A stretch of 64,000 bases of DNA. It comes from Octopus vulgaris (lineage: Eukaryota). Where the stretch lies: contig OX597819.1 in assembly GCA_951406725.2 (NCBI GenBank), forward strand, positions 70,804,001-70,868,000. The letters are read 5' to 3'. The position numbers and the translations under genes are program-made. The notes beneath the pieces were generated by a model that ran no database searches, was not told the DNA's origin, and worked only from the letters and a program-made list of their open reading frames with translations. Below are positions 1 through 13,289 of this stretch, piece after piece; position 1 is the stretch's first letter; each line of letters opens with the position of its first letter.

Positions 1-184
1 GGTGTTGTATGAACATTTAATGTGGTTTTAGAGTTAAGTTTTGGCTGCTATTTCCAGCATGGTGGTATCTCTTAGATACCCTAAATTATAATTTTAATAA
101 TAATTATTACCTTTGAAGATATTTATTCCCATGCTGGCCACCTGATAAGATCGGTATTTAAATAACGATCTTATCCTTATTAAT

Positions 185-250
<66 letters not shown>

Positions 251-328
251 CAATTATGAAGATAAACAAATTAGACACATCAAATATATTACGTATATTA
301 GATACATCAAATACAAAATATGTTTATA

Positions 329-570
329 CTAGTAGAAAGACCGCCCTCCGGGCAGCTTTCTGCTAGCCACTCGAATATATTTCTATATTTGATTCCCAAT
401 TCTAATAATTTTAATGATATTTTGCGTCTAATTATTTCTTTGTATAGTAGTGCTCACTTGCTTAGTAAATATTGCTTTCATTATTTTATCAGTCATAATC
501 TCTCTCTTTTTTAAAGAGTCAATCTGTTATATACATTTATCATTGATAATTGGTAGAAATTACATAGGTG

Positions 571-659
<89 letters not shown>

Positions 660-2030
660 GGATGGATGGAGGGATACACACACATACACACACAAAAGTC
701 TGGTGCTGTGAGAATACATGGGAATGACGCTTCCTGACTTTTTCAAATATACCCAAATTTAAAATGATCTAATATAACGATATTATTCATTCGGTATGTG
801 TTGAAATATTCTAAAACAATTTAATTCCACACATATATTACTTTTCATATAATTTATTTGTTAGTTCTATTTACTGAAACTTGCTAAAAGCATATTTTGC
901 TTTAAAGTAGTATCTCCTTGTAGACACAGTTTTCAGTAATCATGCTGTTTCCATTTCTCTCAGCCAATATTTTTACATTAGCCTTCTTTCGAACTCTAGA
1001 TAATGCAACATACAGCTGACCATGTAAGAAGAATTGTGTCGGAAGATATATTCCAATTTGTTCAAAAGTCTGTCTGTGTTCCTTGTTGCACGTCAAGGCA
1101 AAAGCTGGCTTGACAGGAAATTGTTTGTGTGTAAATGTGAATGGAAATTCCATTACCTGAGATACATATGTTGTTCTTAGGATTATCAGAGTTGATCCTG
1201 CATTAGGACCAGAAGCAACTTCAGCCTCAATAACATGATCATATAAACTGACATTGATGTAGTGTGTGCCATTGCAATGTCCATTAGTAGCATCTAAATT
1301 TCTCAGAAGCATTATGCATCATTTCTTCTTCAGTTTGAGAATATGTGGTGGGAACCCTGATGGTGTAAGTTTGTTGATAAACTCGATTGGGTACAGAGTT
1401 TCCTTATCAACTGTATCTGAGCTTCTGTATATTTTTAGCTCACCAGGGACCCTGTTCAACAGAAAATCCTTCACAAATTGTGCTACTTCCTTTGCTGGAG
1501 TAACAATGGTTCTATTTGCAAGCCACACAGGGTTTGTGAAGTTATTTTTGAGGTCAGCATATACAAAATCACATAGATCTGAAAGAGTACCATTTTCAAG
1601 GCAAAGTTCATTGGGTAGTTTGATTTTGAATTCACCTAGGCTTTTTTCAACAGAAATGTTACCATTTCCTACATCAAGAAGGTAATTAGCATACTCTCTT
1701 TCATCAAAATGACCGTCTGTAAGAAGTCTTAGATTGGTTGTCAACTCCACTACTTCCACATGATTGCAAAGAAAAGATCTCTTTAGTGTTGCATCAACTA
1801 TTTGTATCTGACATCATTATTTTGAAGTAGAATATTCTCCTCTTACGATACCCTAACTAGTCGGTCATTGTAGCGGAAAAAAATCATGTTTACATCTCCG
1901 TGCATATTCAGGCATCTGTTTCAGTCGCTTTACCCTGGTTTCATCCGATTCAGTTGCCCATCTTTCTTTCTGCCGTTGTGCCTTTGCTGCTAAATTTTCT
2001 TTTTCTGTCGCATATTATATATAAATGAAA
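329..2030 (-). mobile_element. Internally deleted Helitron (rolling-circle transposon)
   Basis: On the minus strand, an STPR-like N-terminal peptide (about 2014-1866) lies just upstream of a PIF1 helicase C-terminus (about 1812-902). The 3' end has a GC hairpin CTGCCC-GGA-GGGCGG about 8 nt before CTAG|T at 332-329. The 5' boundary is approximate. Confidence 0.8.
902..1812 (-). pseudogene. Helitron RepHel PIF1-like helicase, C-terminal remnant
   Basis: ORFs 1319-1759 and 902-1312 are in frame, separated by one TGA. Motifs: LTTNLR, LLDVGNG, YPIEFINKLTPSGFPPHILKLK, IMLLRNLD..NGHCNGT, KQFPVKPAFALTCNK, HGQLYVALSRV, TENCVYKEIL. Confidence 0.9.
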
Positions 2031-2088
2031 GCTCGTTAAAAACTATCTTGTTTAGCTTGCTAGAAATAGCAGCGATCACATAGTTATT

Positions 2089-3051
<963 letters not shown>

Positions 3052-3468
3052 TTTATATAGACACGCTTCCAAGTTTTGGTATTATGTACGGTTACAAATT
3101 ACAATACCTGCTGTTCTCCAGGTAGACACTTCCTAACGAAATGACTTTGTCTTACTTCAAACAAAGAAACAGCCACACACAGCAGAGCCGTAACTGACCC
3201 TGATCTGAGTGTCATGTCTCTGACTTCATCATTTCTCAAACATATTCAAAGACAACCAAATGTAATAATGACTTTCAAGACAAGAAAATGAAGATTGATT
3301 TTAAACCCTATGGAAGTTGTTTATAGTCTCTAGGTTAGACTGCTGCTCGTGACTCTGCCAACGAGTAATCTAGTCTTTTAATAATGACTGGAGAAACCCC
3401 AAAAAGTTTCATAAAATAGATAAGCCGACCTATTAGAGAACTGATAATGCCACGCCATGTTACATATA

Positions 3469-4011
3469 CTAGCAGAGATACCCGGCGTTGCCCGGTTACA
3501 TTAAATTGAAGAATTATACTTTTCTGTTATATTTTCTATAATGAACTGGAATATCTATGTTTCGGATTTCATCAAAATTGCAGATGAGGGTTATTTCCCT
3601 CTTTACACACCCTAAAAAAATTGTAATCGTGCCACATGTATCGCATGCTACTGATTTTTATGCGCATATTCCAAAATTCCAGTGTTATTGAACCTGTTAA
3701 AAAGATTTTGCTCCTAAAAAATGAAAGTCATGGAGCTCTAAAATGTGAGAGTTAAGGCCCCTGTTGAGGTGGGCATCTTAATATCAACCAGAGAAGTTGA
3801 ATTGTTGAAAATCTTTTTAACTTGGGTCTTATATCTATTGTTTGAATTTCTTTGAAATATGAAATATATGTTCACTGGGTTTGTAAAAGAGAACAGAACT
3901 ACAGGAAACCAAAAGACGGATGATTACAATAAGCTGTCAGTTACCCTACCCTAGTCGTTACTTGAAGTACCGGTTCAAGAACTATGTTATATATATATAT
4001 ATATATATATA

Positions 4012-4064
<53 letters not shown>

Positions 4065-4686
4065 TTATATATATATATGTATACACACACACAAAGATAA
4101 ATTTATAGATACAACTGAGTGGGCAAACAAAAATATGAGACACTTCGTAGTGCTTTTTTAATATTTTGATAAGCCTGGTACTTATTCTATCAGTTTCTTC
4201 TTGTGAAACCAGTAAGTTAAGGGGATGTAAATAAACGAACACCAGTTGTGAAGCAGTGATGAGGGAGAAACACGAAGACACACACGTAGACTTACATATA
4301 CACATACACATACATACAATTGATTTCTTTCAGTTTCTGTCTACAAAATCCACTGACAAGGCTTTGGTTGGTCTCAGGCTATAGCAGAAGACACATGCCA
4401 AGTTACCACACAGTGGGACTGAACTGAGGACCATGTGTTTTGGAACCAAGTTTGTTACCACACAGCTGCACCTGCACCTATGTATGCGTGTGTGTATGTA
4501 TGGGTGGGTGGATCGGTGTGTGTGTATGGGTGTATATATGTATGCATGTATATATATATGTATATATGTATGTGTACATATTACATGTACATCTATATAT
4601 ACATCAAGACATACATGTTTACATATACATGTATATCTATAGAAATACATCTATACATATACATGTATACATATACATCTATATAT

Positions 4687-4726
<40 letters not shown>

Positions 4727-5115
4727 TCATGTATATATATATATATATATATATCCATATACATACAATAGAGAGGTGCTTTTGTTTCACTTTTAACACG
4801 TAATACTGAAATAGTGGAGAAGATGTGATATTGCTGTGGGCTCGCCCTATGCAAGAAGTTAAACATGACACTACATGGACCCTAAGTAAGGCATGTGTAA
4901 AATTTGAATGAAATTGGTTCTGTATTCCGCAAGTTTTAGGGATTCATGGTGGAGAAGATATGATATTGGTATTGGCTCGCCCTAGGTAAGAAGTTAAAAA
5001 CATTTTTTGCCTATGACACTCCTTGGACACTAAGTAAGGCATATTTGAATGAAATTGGTTGTGTAGTTCTCAAGTTTTAGGGATTCAGACAGTCAGACAC
5101 ACATTCTCAGTTATA
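3469..5115 (-). mobile_element. Non-autonomous Helitron-like element containing SINE fragments
   Basis: Minus-strand 3' end CCGGGCAACGCCGGGTATCTCTGCTAG|T. The 5' end reads ATATATAACTGAGAATGTGTGTCTG. About 135-bp tandem units at 4813-4946 and 4949-5087. Confidence 0.55.
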
Positions 5116-5133
5116 TATATATATATATATATA

Positions 5134-5628
5134 CTAGCAGTATTGCCCGGCTTTGCGAAATGGTCACATTTAATTCAAAGCGTTAAAAATGTTATGAAAA
5201 CAATTGGTATGTGTTCACAAAGTCCAAACGATTAATACGAAAAAACCCTCCAGGCTACATCCCGAAAATTCATTTCTTTGCCGAATTTATACAATGTTTA
5301 CGGCAATTGGTTTTTATATATTTATTTTTTTTATTTTTCATGCAATTTACGCATCCTTGCACGCGTGGTGAACACAGTTCACGTCAAACAGCTGACTGAG
5401 TAAAGTTCACTATTCATTGCATGGGATAAGGCCTAAACAAACACATTATCGATTTTTGCACTTGCGAGATGAATTTTGGAACAGAAATAGCGCAGTTCAA
5501 TTTTCATTCACCTAACCTTTAAGTGGCCCATTTTTGGTGGTTCTACGATTTGTTGGCTAGGAGGAGATGTGCCGGGAAGTTAAACACACAGACACACACA
5601 CAGATACACACACAGACACACAAGTTGA

Positions 5629-5640
<12 letters not shown>
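5134..5640 (-). mobile_element. Non-autonomous Helitron-like element
   Basis: Minus-strand 3' end GCAAAGCCGGGCAATACTGCTAG|T. The 5' end reads TATATAAAACTCAACTTGTGTGTCTGTGTG, inside (TA)n. Confidence 0.55.
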
Positions 5641-5676
<36 letters not shown>

Positions 5677-6088
5677 AAAAGGTAGATTTTCTCTGCCTGT
5701 TCCCATGTTTCTTTTTAATACAATTCTACAATATAGAATTTCTTCAATTGGAATTTACCTATGATTTTTCCAAGTAGATTCGATTGGGTCATGGCATGTA
5801 AAGTTTTTTCAATTTGACCCCCAATTAAGCAAAAATTCGAGAAAACTTAATATTTTACGATTTGCCTCTTTCATTTCAAGTGGTTTACTCCTGCTATTAC
5901 CACCACACTTTCTCCTACTTTCTCTTTTCAAGTGTGAAACTATTAACGTGAAAGTATTATATAACAGGGATGAGCACTTAATAGTGGTCGTCCTTTTTCC
6001 TAGAGGAAGATCCGCTATGGTCTTATATGCTATGCCACTGGTTTTCAATTCATATTAATCAAATTAATATTCAATTTTTCACCCTTAT

Positions 6089-6155
<67 letters not shown>

Positions 6156-6745
6156 ATTAGCAATTCGTATAAAATTGCATCAATGACTTCAACTTGAATA
6201 AGTGGTTTCACATAAATGGGGATAAATTAAAAAGGTTTGTTGTTATTATTATTACTGTTTGACTATTGTAATCACGTTTGTTGGTTCCTCCTCAGGGAAA
6301 CGTTGTTGTGTTGCATTTGTTAAATAATTGTAAACCGTAACCCTCCTCCTTTCGGAGAAGGGGCTTTGGTTGTTGTTTAAAAATTGAATTGTGTCCCTGT
6401 TTGCGGAAATTGACAATATTTTCACCGTCTTTACGGAAGCATTTTTGTTAAAATGCCTTCGATAGAAAAAGTCCAAAAATGAATTTCGCTGCAGCCGTAC
6501 ACTTCTATACAAGAGGGAGGACAAGATCCAATTGATCGAAATTGCAAGAGACGAGCCTACAATTCCAGTCTGTTATATATTTTGAATAGTGTTATCACTA
6601 GCGATATCAAGATATAACTTTGTATTTTGTATTTTATGTGTAGATGTATATATATATAGATGTACATGTAATATGTACACATATATGTATACACATATAT
6701 GTATACACATATATACATGCATACTATATCTACCCATACACACAT

Positions 6746-6796
<51 letters not shown>

Positions 6797-7367
6797 TAGG
6801 GGCAGGTGTGGCTGTGTGGTAACAAACTACGTTCCAAACACATTGTCCTGGGCTCAGTCCCACTGTGTGGTGACTTGGCATGTGTCTTCTGCTGTAGCTT
6901 CAGACCAACAAAAGCCTTCTCAGTGGATTTTGTATATATATACAGGCATACATACATATATATACATGCATGTTCTATATTTTATAAATTACCCATATTT
7001 ACTTACCCATGCTTCATTCCCCTCTTGCCTACCTAGGGCATCCATTCTCTTTTAACACAGCATGAAGTTTTATAACAGCACATCCGCTGCCGTTCGTGGA
7101 AAACGAAGAGACCCTATTCACCTACGAACGTTTTACACCGCCTTCCACGACTATCAAATTTTTACAATTATCAGAACAATAACATGGCTCTTTTCAAGGC
7201 AACCTCGCATTCAATTCTTACACCATTCTACGAGGGTGTAGGAATCCCTTTACACAGCTTTCTATACACTTACAAATACATTCATTCGCCGTAAACTTAT
7301 ATCAATATTTGCCTGAATAATCATCATAATTCAGTGCAATCATTAACAGTACTTTCAAGCAATCCAG

Positions 7368-7396
7368 CCCCGAGCATCGCCGGGCAATTCTGCTAG
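7368..7396 (+). mobile_element. Helitron-type 3' terminus (hairpin plus CTAG)
   Basis: CCCGAGCATCGCCGGGCAATTCTGCTAG|T, the same terminal family as 3469 and 5134 but on the opposite strand. The 5' end is undetermined (possibly near 5670). Confidence 0.55.
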
Positions 7397-7427
7397 TAAA
7401 TATATATATATATACACACACACACAC

Positions 7428-7489
<62 letters not shown>

Positions 7490-7493
<4 letters not shown>

Positions 7494-7898
7494 AGGAGTG
7501 GCTGTGTGGTAAGTAGCTTGCTAACCAACCACATGGTTCCGGGTTCAGTCCCACTGCGTGGCATCTTGGGCAAGTGTCTTCTGCTATAGCCCCGGGCCGA
7601 CCAAAGCCTTGTGAGTGGATTTGGTAGACGGAAACTGAAAGAAGCCTGTCGTATATATGCATATATATATATATATGTGCGTGTGCGTGTTTGTGTGTCT
7701 GTGTTTGTCCCCCTAGCATTGCTTGACAACCGATGCTGGTGTGTTTACGTCCCCGTAACTTAGCGGTTCGGCAAAAGAGACCGATAGAATAAGTACTGGG
7801 CTTACAAAGAATAAGTCCCGGGGTCGATTTGCTCGACTAAAGGCGGTGCTCCAGCATGGCCGCAGTCAAATGACTGAAACAACTAAAAGAGTAAAAGA

Positions 7899-7900
<2 letters not shown>
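7490..7900 (+). mobile_element. Full-length tRNA-derived SINE, family A
   Basis: A-box TGGCTGTGTGGTAAG, B-box GGTTCAGTCC, CTTGGGCAAGT core-like motif, central microsatellite, AAAGAGT tail. Many homologous copies occur in the window. Confidence 0.85.
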
Positions 7901-7946
<46 letters not shown>

Positions 7947-8085
7947 GTGTGTATGTGTATGTGTAATACTTTTTAGGAACGGTGATTCTTGCAGCGAATA
8001 AAGCTATAAATATTCGTAAAAATTATTCCACCTTCTCGAAGTTTCTAGATTCTTATGACGTCAACAGTATATATATAAATATGTA

Positions 8086-8116
<31 letters not shown>

Positions 8117-8207
8117 ACATAATGCATACATAAGCGCACAGACAATAAAAACAAAAGATAAACGCACACACACGCACACATCCACATATACACATACACA
8201 TTCATAA

Positions 8208-9432
8208 ACAGAGCGCTCGGACTAAACCTGACGATTTTTTTATGTCTCATTTTTTTTACGCAGGAACAGCTTGATGTATTGGTGGACCGTCAACAGCGTT
8301 GGAGAGCATAAAGATTAAAACTATAGTCGAGAAAGAGCTGACATGGAAGACTGGAAACCATCTGAATATTGGAAAAGAGTTACCTGTATCATGAGGATTC
8401 GCCCCGGATATCAGAATGCCTATATCATGACAGCTGCTCAATGATCTGTGAACACTGTAAAGGCTGTCAGACATGACATGGGCAGCTGCAACAGAGACTA
8501 CGAAGTGTGGTCTGCATGAAGGGACATAGCAGACCTTCTGGCTGCATCCACAATCCGGACTTCATCCCCACATCTTTGAGCAGGAACTTGGGGTCAATAT
8601 AGAGGACTATGTGAAGCTGTTGGAGACTGTGGTCAATGCTTGGCTGGAGAGGGTTGCTGCTGGAAGGCCATATGTGTAACAGCTGAATTCGGTTCCTTAC
8701 CATACCTCTGGAAAGAGTCAGAAGTGGTTGTTGGAGAATTTCTACGACTTCACCATTTTAAATCCATGGATCACTCTGTGTGGGTCACGGTCGAGAAAGA
8801 CACCAGCCACTCTGTCTGCAACAACAAGGCCGAGATCAGGAACACAAGTATCCAAGATCATAGACACAGGTAGTCAAGATCAGGGGCACTGTGAGGAAAC
8901 ATGCACCTAGTTCCAGAGCCGTCTTGAGGTCTTGGTGGAAGCTGAGGGCAGCTACTTTACGTAAACTGTTATCTCCCTGCCATAATCTAGTTCAATGGTT
9001 CCCAAAGTGGGCGGTATTAACCCCTGGGGTGGGGTGGAGAGTTCAAAGGGGCGTTGAAGAAAAGTGGAGTGATAATGGGGTAGCGATTCATGTAAAAATT
9101 GGGGCAATAATAGGGTAGCGATTCATGTAAAATTTGGGGCAATAACGGGGTAGCGATTCATGTAAAAACAACAAAATAATGAGTTCATTAGGTTAAGTTT
9201 TATTTGTGAAATACAGTTGCTTTGAATTTGCTTCAGAAAGAGGTCTATATTTGTGATGGTTAGTTGGGGTGGGAGCGCTAGGAATGCGGCCTGGGTGTTT
9301 ATGGGGACGGTAGCCCGAAAAAGTTCAGGAACCAGTGATCAAGATGATATTTCTTGATCAGGAAAAAAAAATATTAGAGGGAATATTGTTTAGTTTTTCA
9401 ATTAAATAAACTGTCAAATTTAGCCGGAACAC

Positions 9433-9433
<1 letters not shown>
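8208..9433 (+). mobile_element. Degenerate Tc1/mariner (maT/DD37D-like) DNA transposon
   Basis: Imperfect TIRs (CAGAGCGCTCGGACTAAACCTGAC / GTCAAATTTAGCCGGAACACTATG). Frameshifted peptides YVKLLETVV, WLERVAAGRPYV, PYHTSGKSQKWLLENFYDF, MDHSVWVTVEKDT. Confidence 0.65.
8993..9337. mobile_element. hAT-like MITE nested in the Tc1/mariner remnant
   Basis: TIRs CAATGGTTCCCAAA / TTCAGGAACCAGTG, decayed 8-bp TSD ATCTAGTT/ATCAAGAT, internal 35-bp tandem repeat (3 copies). Confidence 0.6.
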
Positions 9434-9481
<48 letters not shown>

Positions 9482-9483
9482 TT

Positions 9484-10082
9484 ATTATAGGTATACAAGG
9501 CGTGATATTTTGAGGGGAGGGGTTAAGTCAATTATTTCGACCTCAATCCGCAACTAGTACTTACGACCCCGAAAGCATCAAAGGTAATGTCGATCTCGGT
9601 ACAATTCGAATTCAGAACACATACACAGACGAAAGTTCACTAAGCATTTTGTTTGGTGCGCCACCCATTCTGTCAGCGCGCGCTGCTTTAACGGTATAAA
9701 TGATATATTGGGTTGGTGCATAATTATTGCGGCTTTTTTCGATACATTTTATTCAACAAAAACATGTAACAAAGACATCTTTAAATTATTATTCCGGAGC
9801 ATATTCACCATCAACTTCAATTTGCTTGGTAGACAGTCAGACCGTCATTTAAAGATGTTTTTGTTAAATATTGTTATTGTTTTTGTTGACAAAATCGGTG
9901 GCGCACCAAACAAAATGCTTAGCGAACTTGCGTCTGTGTATGTGTTCTGAATTCGAATTGTACCGAGATCGACATTGCCTTTGATGCTTATGGGGTCGAT
10001 TAAATAAGTACTCGTTGCGGATTTAGGTCGAAATAATTGACTTAACTCCGCCCCTCAAAATATCAGGCCTTGTACCTATAAT
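9484..10082. repeat. Inverted duplication of a diverged family B SINE
   Basis: Arms 9484-9675 and 9887-10082 are reverse complements that share private substitutions. Confidence 0.8.
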
Positions 10083-10479
10083 GGAAAGGATTCTATCATT
10101 TACAAACGATGTTATATAAACATAACCATAAATATAATTATCGAGAAATATTTTTTCCTTCATTTATTATAATTATGATAATAATTATAATTATGTTGGC
10201 GTCATTTGTAAACGATATAAATTAATATAATGTCATACATGCGTTTTTACCCACGATCTTACAATTGACCATTAAGTCAAGCGCTTCCACACACACGCAC
10301 GCATGCTCAGATATTACATGCTTCAGCTACACAGTTCTTCTAGCCAATTCTTGTTCTGCGATATTATTTCCCTCTTGATTACTTCGTAATCAATATAAAA
10401 ATAATACGTTATTCGTCTTTTGTACGCTTATACTGGTGTTTTCTCGCCAATTGGAGATATTATCTATTGTAGAAGTGCT

Positions 10480-10850
10480 TCGGAAGCCTGCTACACATCC
10501 TGCCCACAGACCGCAAAACGAACAGCTTTGTTAGGTAGTGAGTCACCAAATACTCTGGTAAATAGGAACCCACCCCTTGCGCTGGGAAAAAGGACGAAAG
10601 CTTGTCTGGTACGGTCATATATACCGCCACAGCATCCTGTCCAAAACTGTTCATTAGGACACACATGGAGGCGGGCAAAAGAGGAGCAGATAGAAAAAAA
10701 ATCTTCATTTGATAACATCAAGGACTGGGACGGGTCACACCGCAACGAACCTGGTACGCATGGGAAGAGAACAGAGACTGGTGGCGATGGCAGACCACGT
10801 CTAGAATGGCACTCCAATGACTGGCTGCATCAGTTAAGGGAGCTTGATGA
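10480..10850 (+). mobile_element. 3' end of a decayed RTE-clade LINE
   Basis: Broken frames give RKLVWYGHI, HSILSKTV, GGGQKRSR and FDNIKDW, typical of RTE ORF C-termini. Followed by a (GAT)n tail. Confidence 0.55.
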
Positions 10851-11055
10851 TGATGATGATGATGATGATGAGGATGAGGAGGATGTTGAAGAAGATGATG
10901 ATGAGGAGGAGGAGGAGGAGGAGGAGAAGGAGGATCAGAATACATTATATATTAATCATATCTGTTGTTAAACAACGATCAAGAGAAGAAGTACTCAATA
11001 CCAAATTAGTGCTGTAATTTCGTAACGGGAGTCCATTGAGCCATTTACTCTAGAG

Positions 11056-11380
11056 CATAGGTTCTCATAGTGGGCACTACCGCCCCCGCCCGGTAGGCGT
11101 TGAGACGGTCCAGGTGGGCGCTGGTGCCTAAGAGGGCGGTGGGGGTGGGTGCGATAGAGAAAAAAGAGGCGTTGGGAGGAAGGCAGTGGACTGGGGGATG
11201 CTATGAATTTATTATAATCTTATTATAGTATTGTATACAAATTATATAATATTAAATATCAAATGATTCATAGTATATATAAAATATTTATTTATACATA
11301 AAAATAGGGGTGGGAGCGCTGGGAGTATTATATGGCCATGAGAGGGCGGGACTGTGGCCCAAAAAGTTTGAGAACCTCTG
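11056..11380. mobile_element. hAT (Charlie-like) MITE
   Basis: TIRs CATAGGTTCTCA / TGAGAACCTCTG and a perfect 8-bp TSD CTCTAGAG (11048-55, 11381-88). Confidence 0.8.
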
Positions 11381-11475
11381 CTCTAGAGTTTCAATGTGTA
11401 TATACATGTGCGTATGTATGCATGCTTAAAAGTATGTATATATGTGCAGATGTATACACTACAATAACATTTGCC

Positions 11476-11720
11476 AGTGGTTCTGAACCATTAGTTTCTT
11501 ATGGACCCCTCTGATTCCAGTTTTACACAACTGGACCTACACAGCCATTCACTGCATATATAAAAAAAGTTTTACTGTATTTTCATAATTAAATATTAGG
11601 GATTGTATAAGAAAAAATCGCTAAAATATTTTGTGTATTGTAGAAATATAACCAGTTTATTGCAGATAGATCTTATATGGAACCTCAAGGGCCATATGGA
11701 CCCCAGTCTGGAACCACAGC
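11476..11720. mobile_element. Decayed hAT-like MITE
   Basis: Ends CAGTGGTTCTGAACC ... GTCTGGAACCACAG with internal GGACCCC motifs. Confidence 0.45.
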
Positions 11721-12321
11721 GTTTTAATAATCGAAAGAACTATAATTAATAATAAGTCATATCGGGTTATATATAACCAGGCAGATGTTTTGTTTCGTTT
11801 CGTTTTGTTTCGTTCCGAGCTAAGTTGCTCTAAATTGTTAGGCCAATCTAATTCTCCTAATTTAACCCCTATTACTACCCAGCATCTTTGCGGAAGTTAG
11901 TTTATGCTGTTTTGTGGCTTCGAAATTAAAAGCCATTCTCATTAATGAACTTATTAAATATAAAGGTAAACAGGTAATCCTACAGCGTTTGTGAATGAAA
12001 CCAGATGAATTTTGGTTGATTGTATTTTGTAATAGGTTTCTTCTTATCTTTCCGTAGTCTAGTCTAAAAGTTTTAAAAAAAATTAATGAAAGGAAATATA
12101 GGCGCAGGCGTGGCTGTGCGGTAAGAAGCTTGCTTGCCAACCACATACATGGTTCTAAGTTTAGTCCTATTGTGTGACGCCTTGGGTAAGTGCCTTCTAC
12201 CATATATTCGGGCCGACCAAAGTCTCATGAATGGGTTTGGTAGGCGGAAACTGAAAGATACCCGTCGTGTATGTGTGTAAGAGAGTGGTACTCCAATGAC
12301 TGGCTGCAGTATTTATATATA

Positions 12322-13023
12322 CGAGGGGAAGTAAAAAAATTATTCGCAATTTCGCCATAGCATATCTTTATTGTCACACTGCCTTCTTATCGTTTGTACT
12401 ATTGTGGTGCTTATAGTAGGTACTGTTGTGGTCACGTAATCGAAGTTTGAGCTTAATCGCGCCATTTTTCTTTCTGGATTTACAGTGTAAGCATGGCCAC
12501 TCCATAGCAATGTGCATCAAAGAAGATCAAAGAGCAGTGATCCGATTTCTCTGGAGAATTCGTGTACGATCAACAGTGCAATATACAGAGCTTTGCTGGC
12601 CAACAAGCTGAAGCCAGTAATTTGCATCAAACGCCGAAGCCTGTTGTCGAAGAAAGTTTTCTTGTTGCATGACAATACACGCCCACACACGGCCGCTCAG
12701 ACTGTTGAAACCATTAACCAATTGTATTTTGAGGTGCTGGAACACCTATAGCCCAGATCTCGCCCCTTCTGACTATCATATCTTTGAACCGCTCAAAGGT
12801 AGTTTACGAGATCGTCGATGAAGATGTGAAGGAAGCGGTGCATAAATGGTTGCACGACCAACTGAAAACCTTCTTCTTAGAGGAAATACGCAAACTTGCG
12901 GACCACTGGACCAAGTGCATCGAAAAGGAAGGAAACTATATAGAAAAATCACGTACTTGTTTATCTCCTGCTTTTGTGTAAATACATAAAAAAAAAACGA
13001 GGGCGTATAACTTTTCTTTCTCA
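12322..13023 (+). mobile_element. Internally deleted mariner transposon
   Basis: TA|CGAGGG terminus. Peptides QRAVIRFL, FLLHDNTRPHTA, YSPDLAPSDYHIFEPLK, VKEAVHKWL, WTKCIEKEGNYIEK. Confidence 0.8.
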
Positions 13024-13289
13024 TATATATATATATATATATGTTTAGCCCTTGTGGGCAATAAAGAAATAAGAAACGCCGGACGAAATGCTTGGCTGTA
13101 TTTCGTCTGTCTTTATGTTCTGAGTTCAAATTCTGCCGAAGTCGCCGACGTCGACTTTGCCTTTCATCCTTTCAGGGTAGACAAATTAAGTACCAGTTGC
13201 GTACTGGAGTCGCTCTAATCGACTGCCCCACCTCCCCCAAAATTTCGGGCTTTGTGCCTAGAATAGAAACTAATATTGAGCTTCTGAAT

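Noticed and set aside
902-1759. Host PIF1 gene
   Set aside because: It is intronless, has an in-frame stop and a degenerate motif (TCNKEHRQT), and has a Helitron 3' terminus downstream.
9072-9168. Three regularly spaced ~25-bp repeats resembling a CRISPR array
   Set aside because: The intervening sequences are near-identical (35-bp tandem repeat), it lies inside a MITE, the context is eukaryotic and there are no cas genes.
10420-10971. 183-aa ORF with an acidic tail
   Set aside because: It is an off-frame reading of a decayed RTE LINE end plus a (GAT/GAG)n tail.
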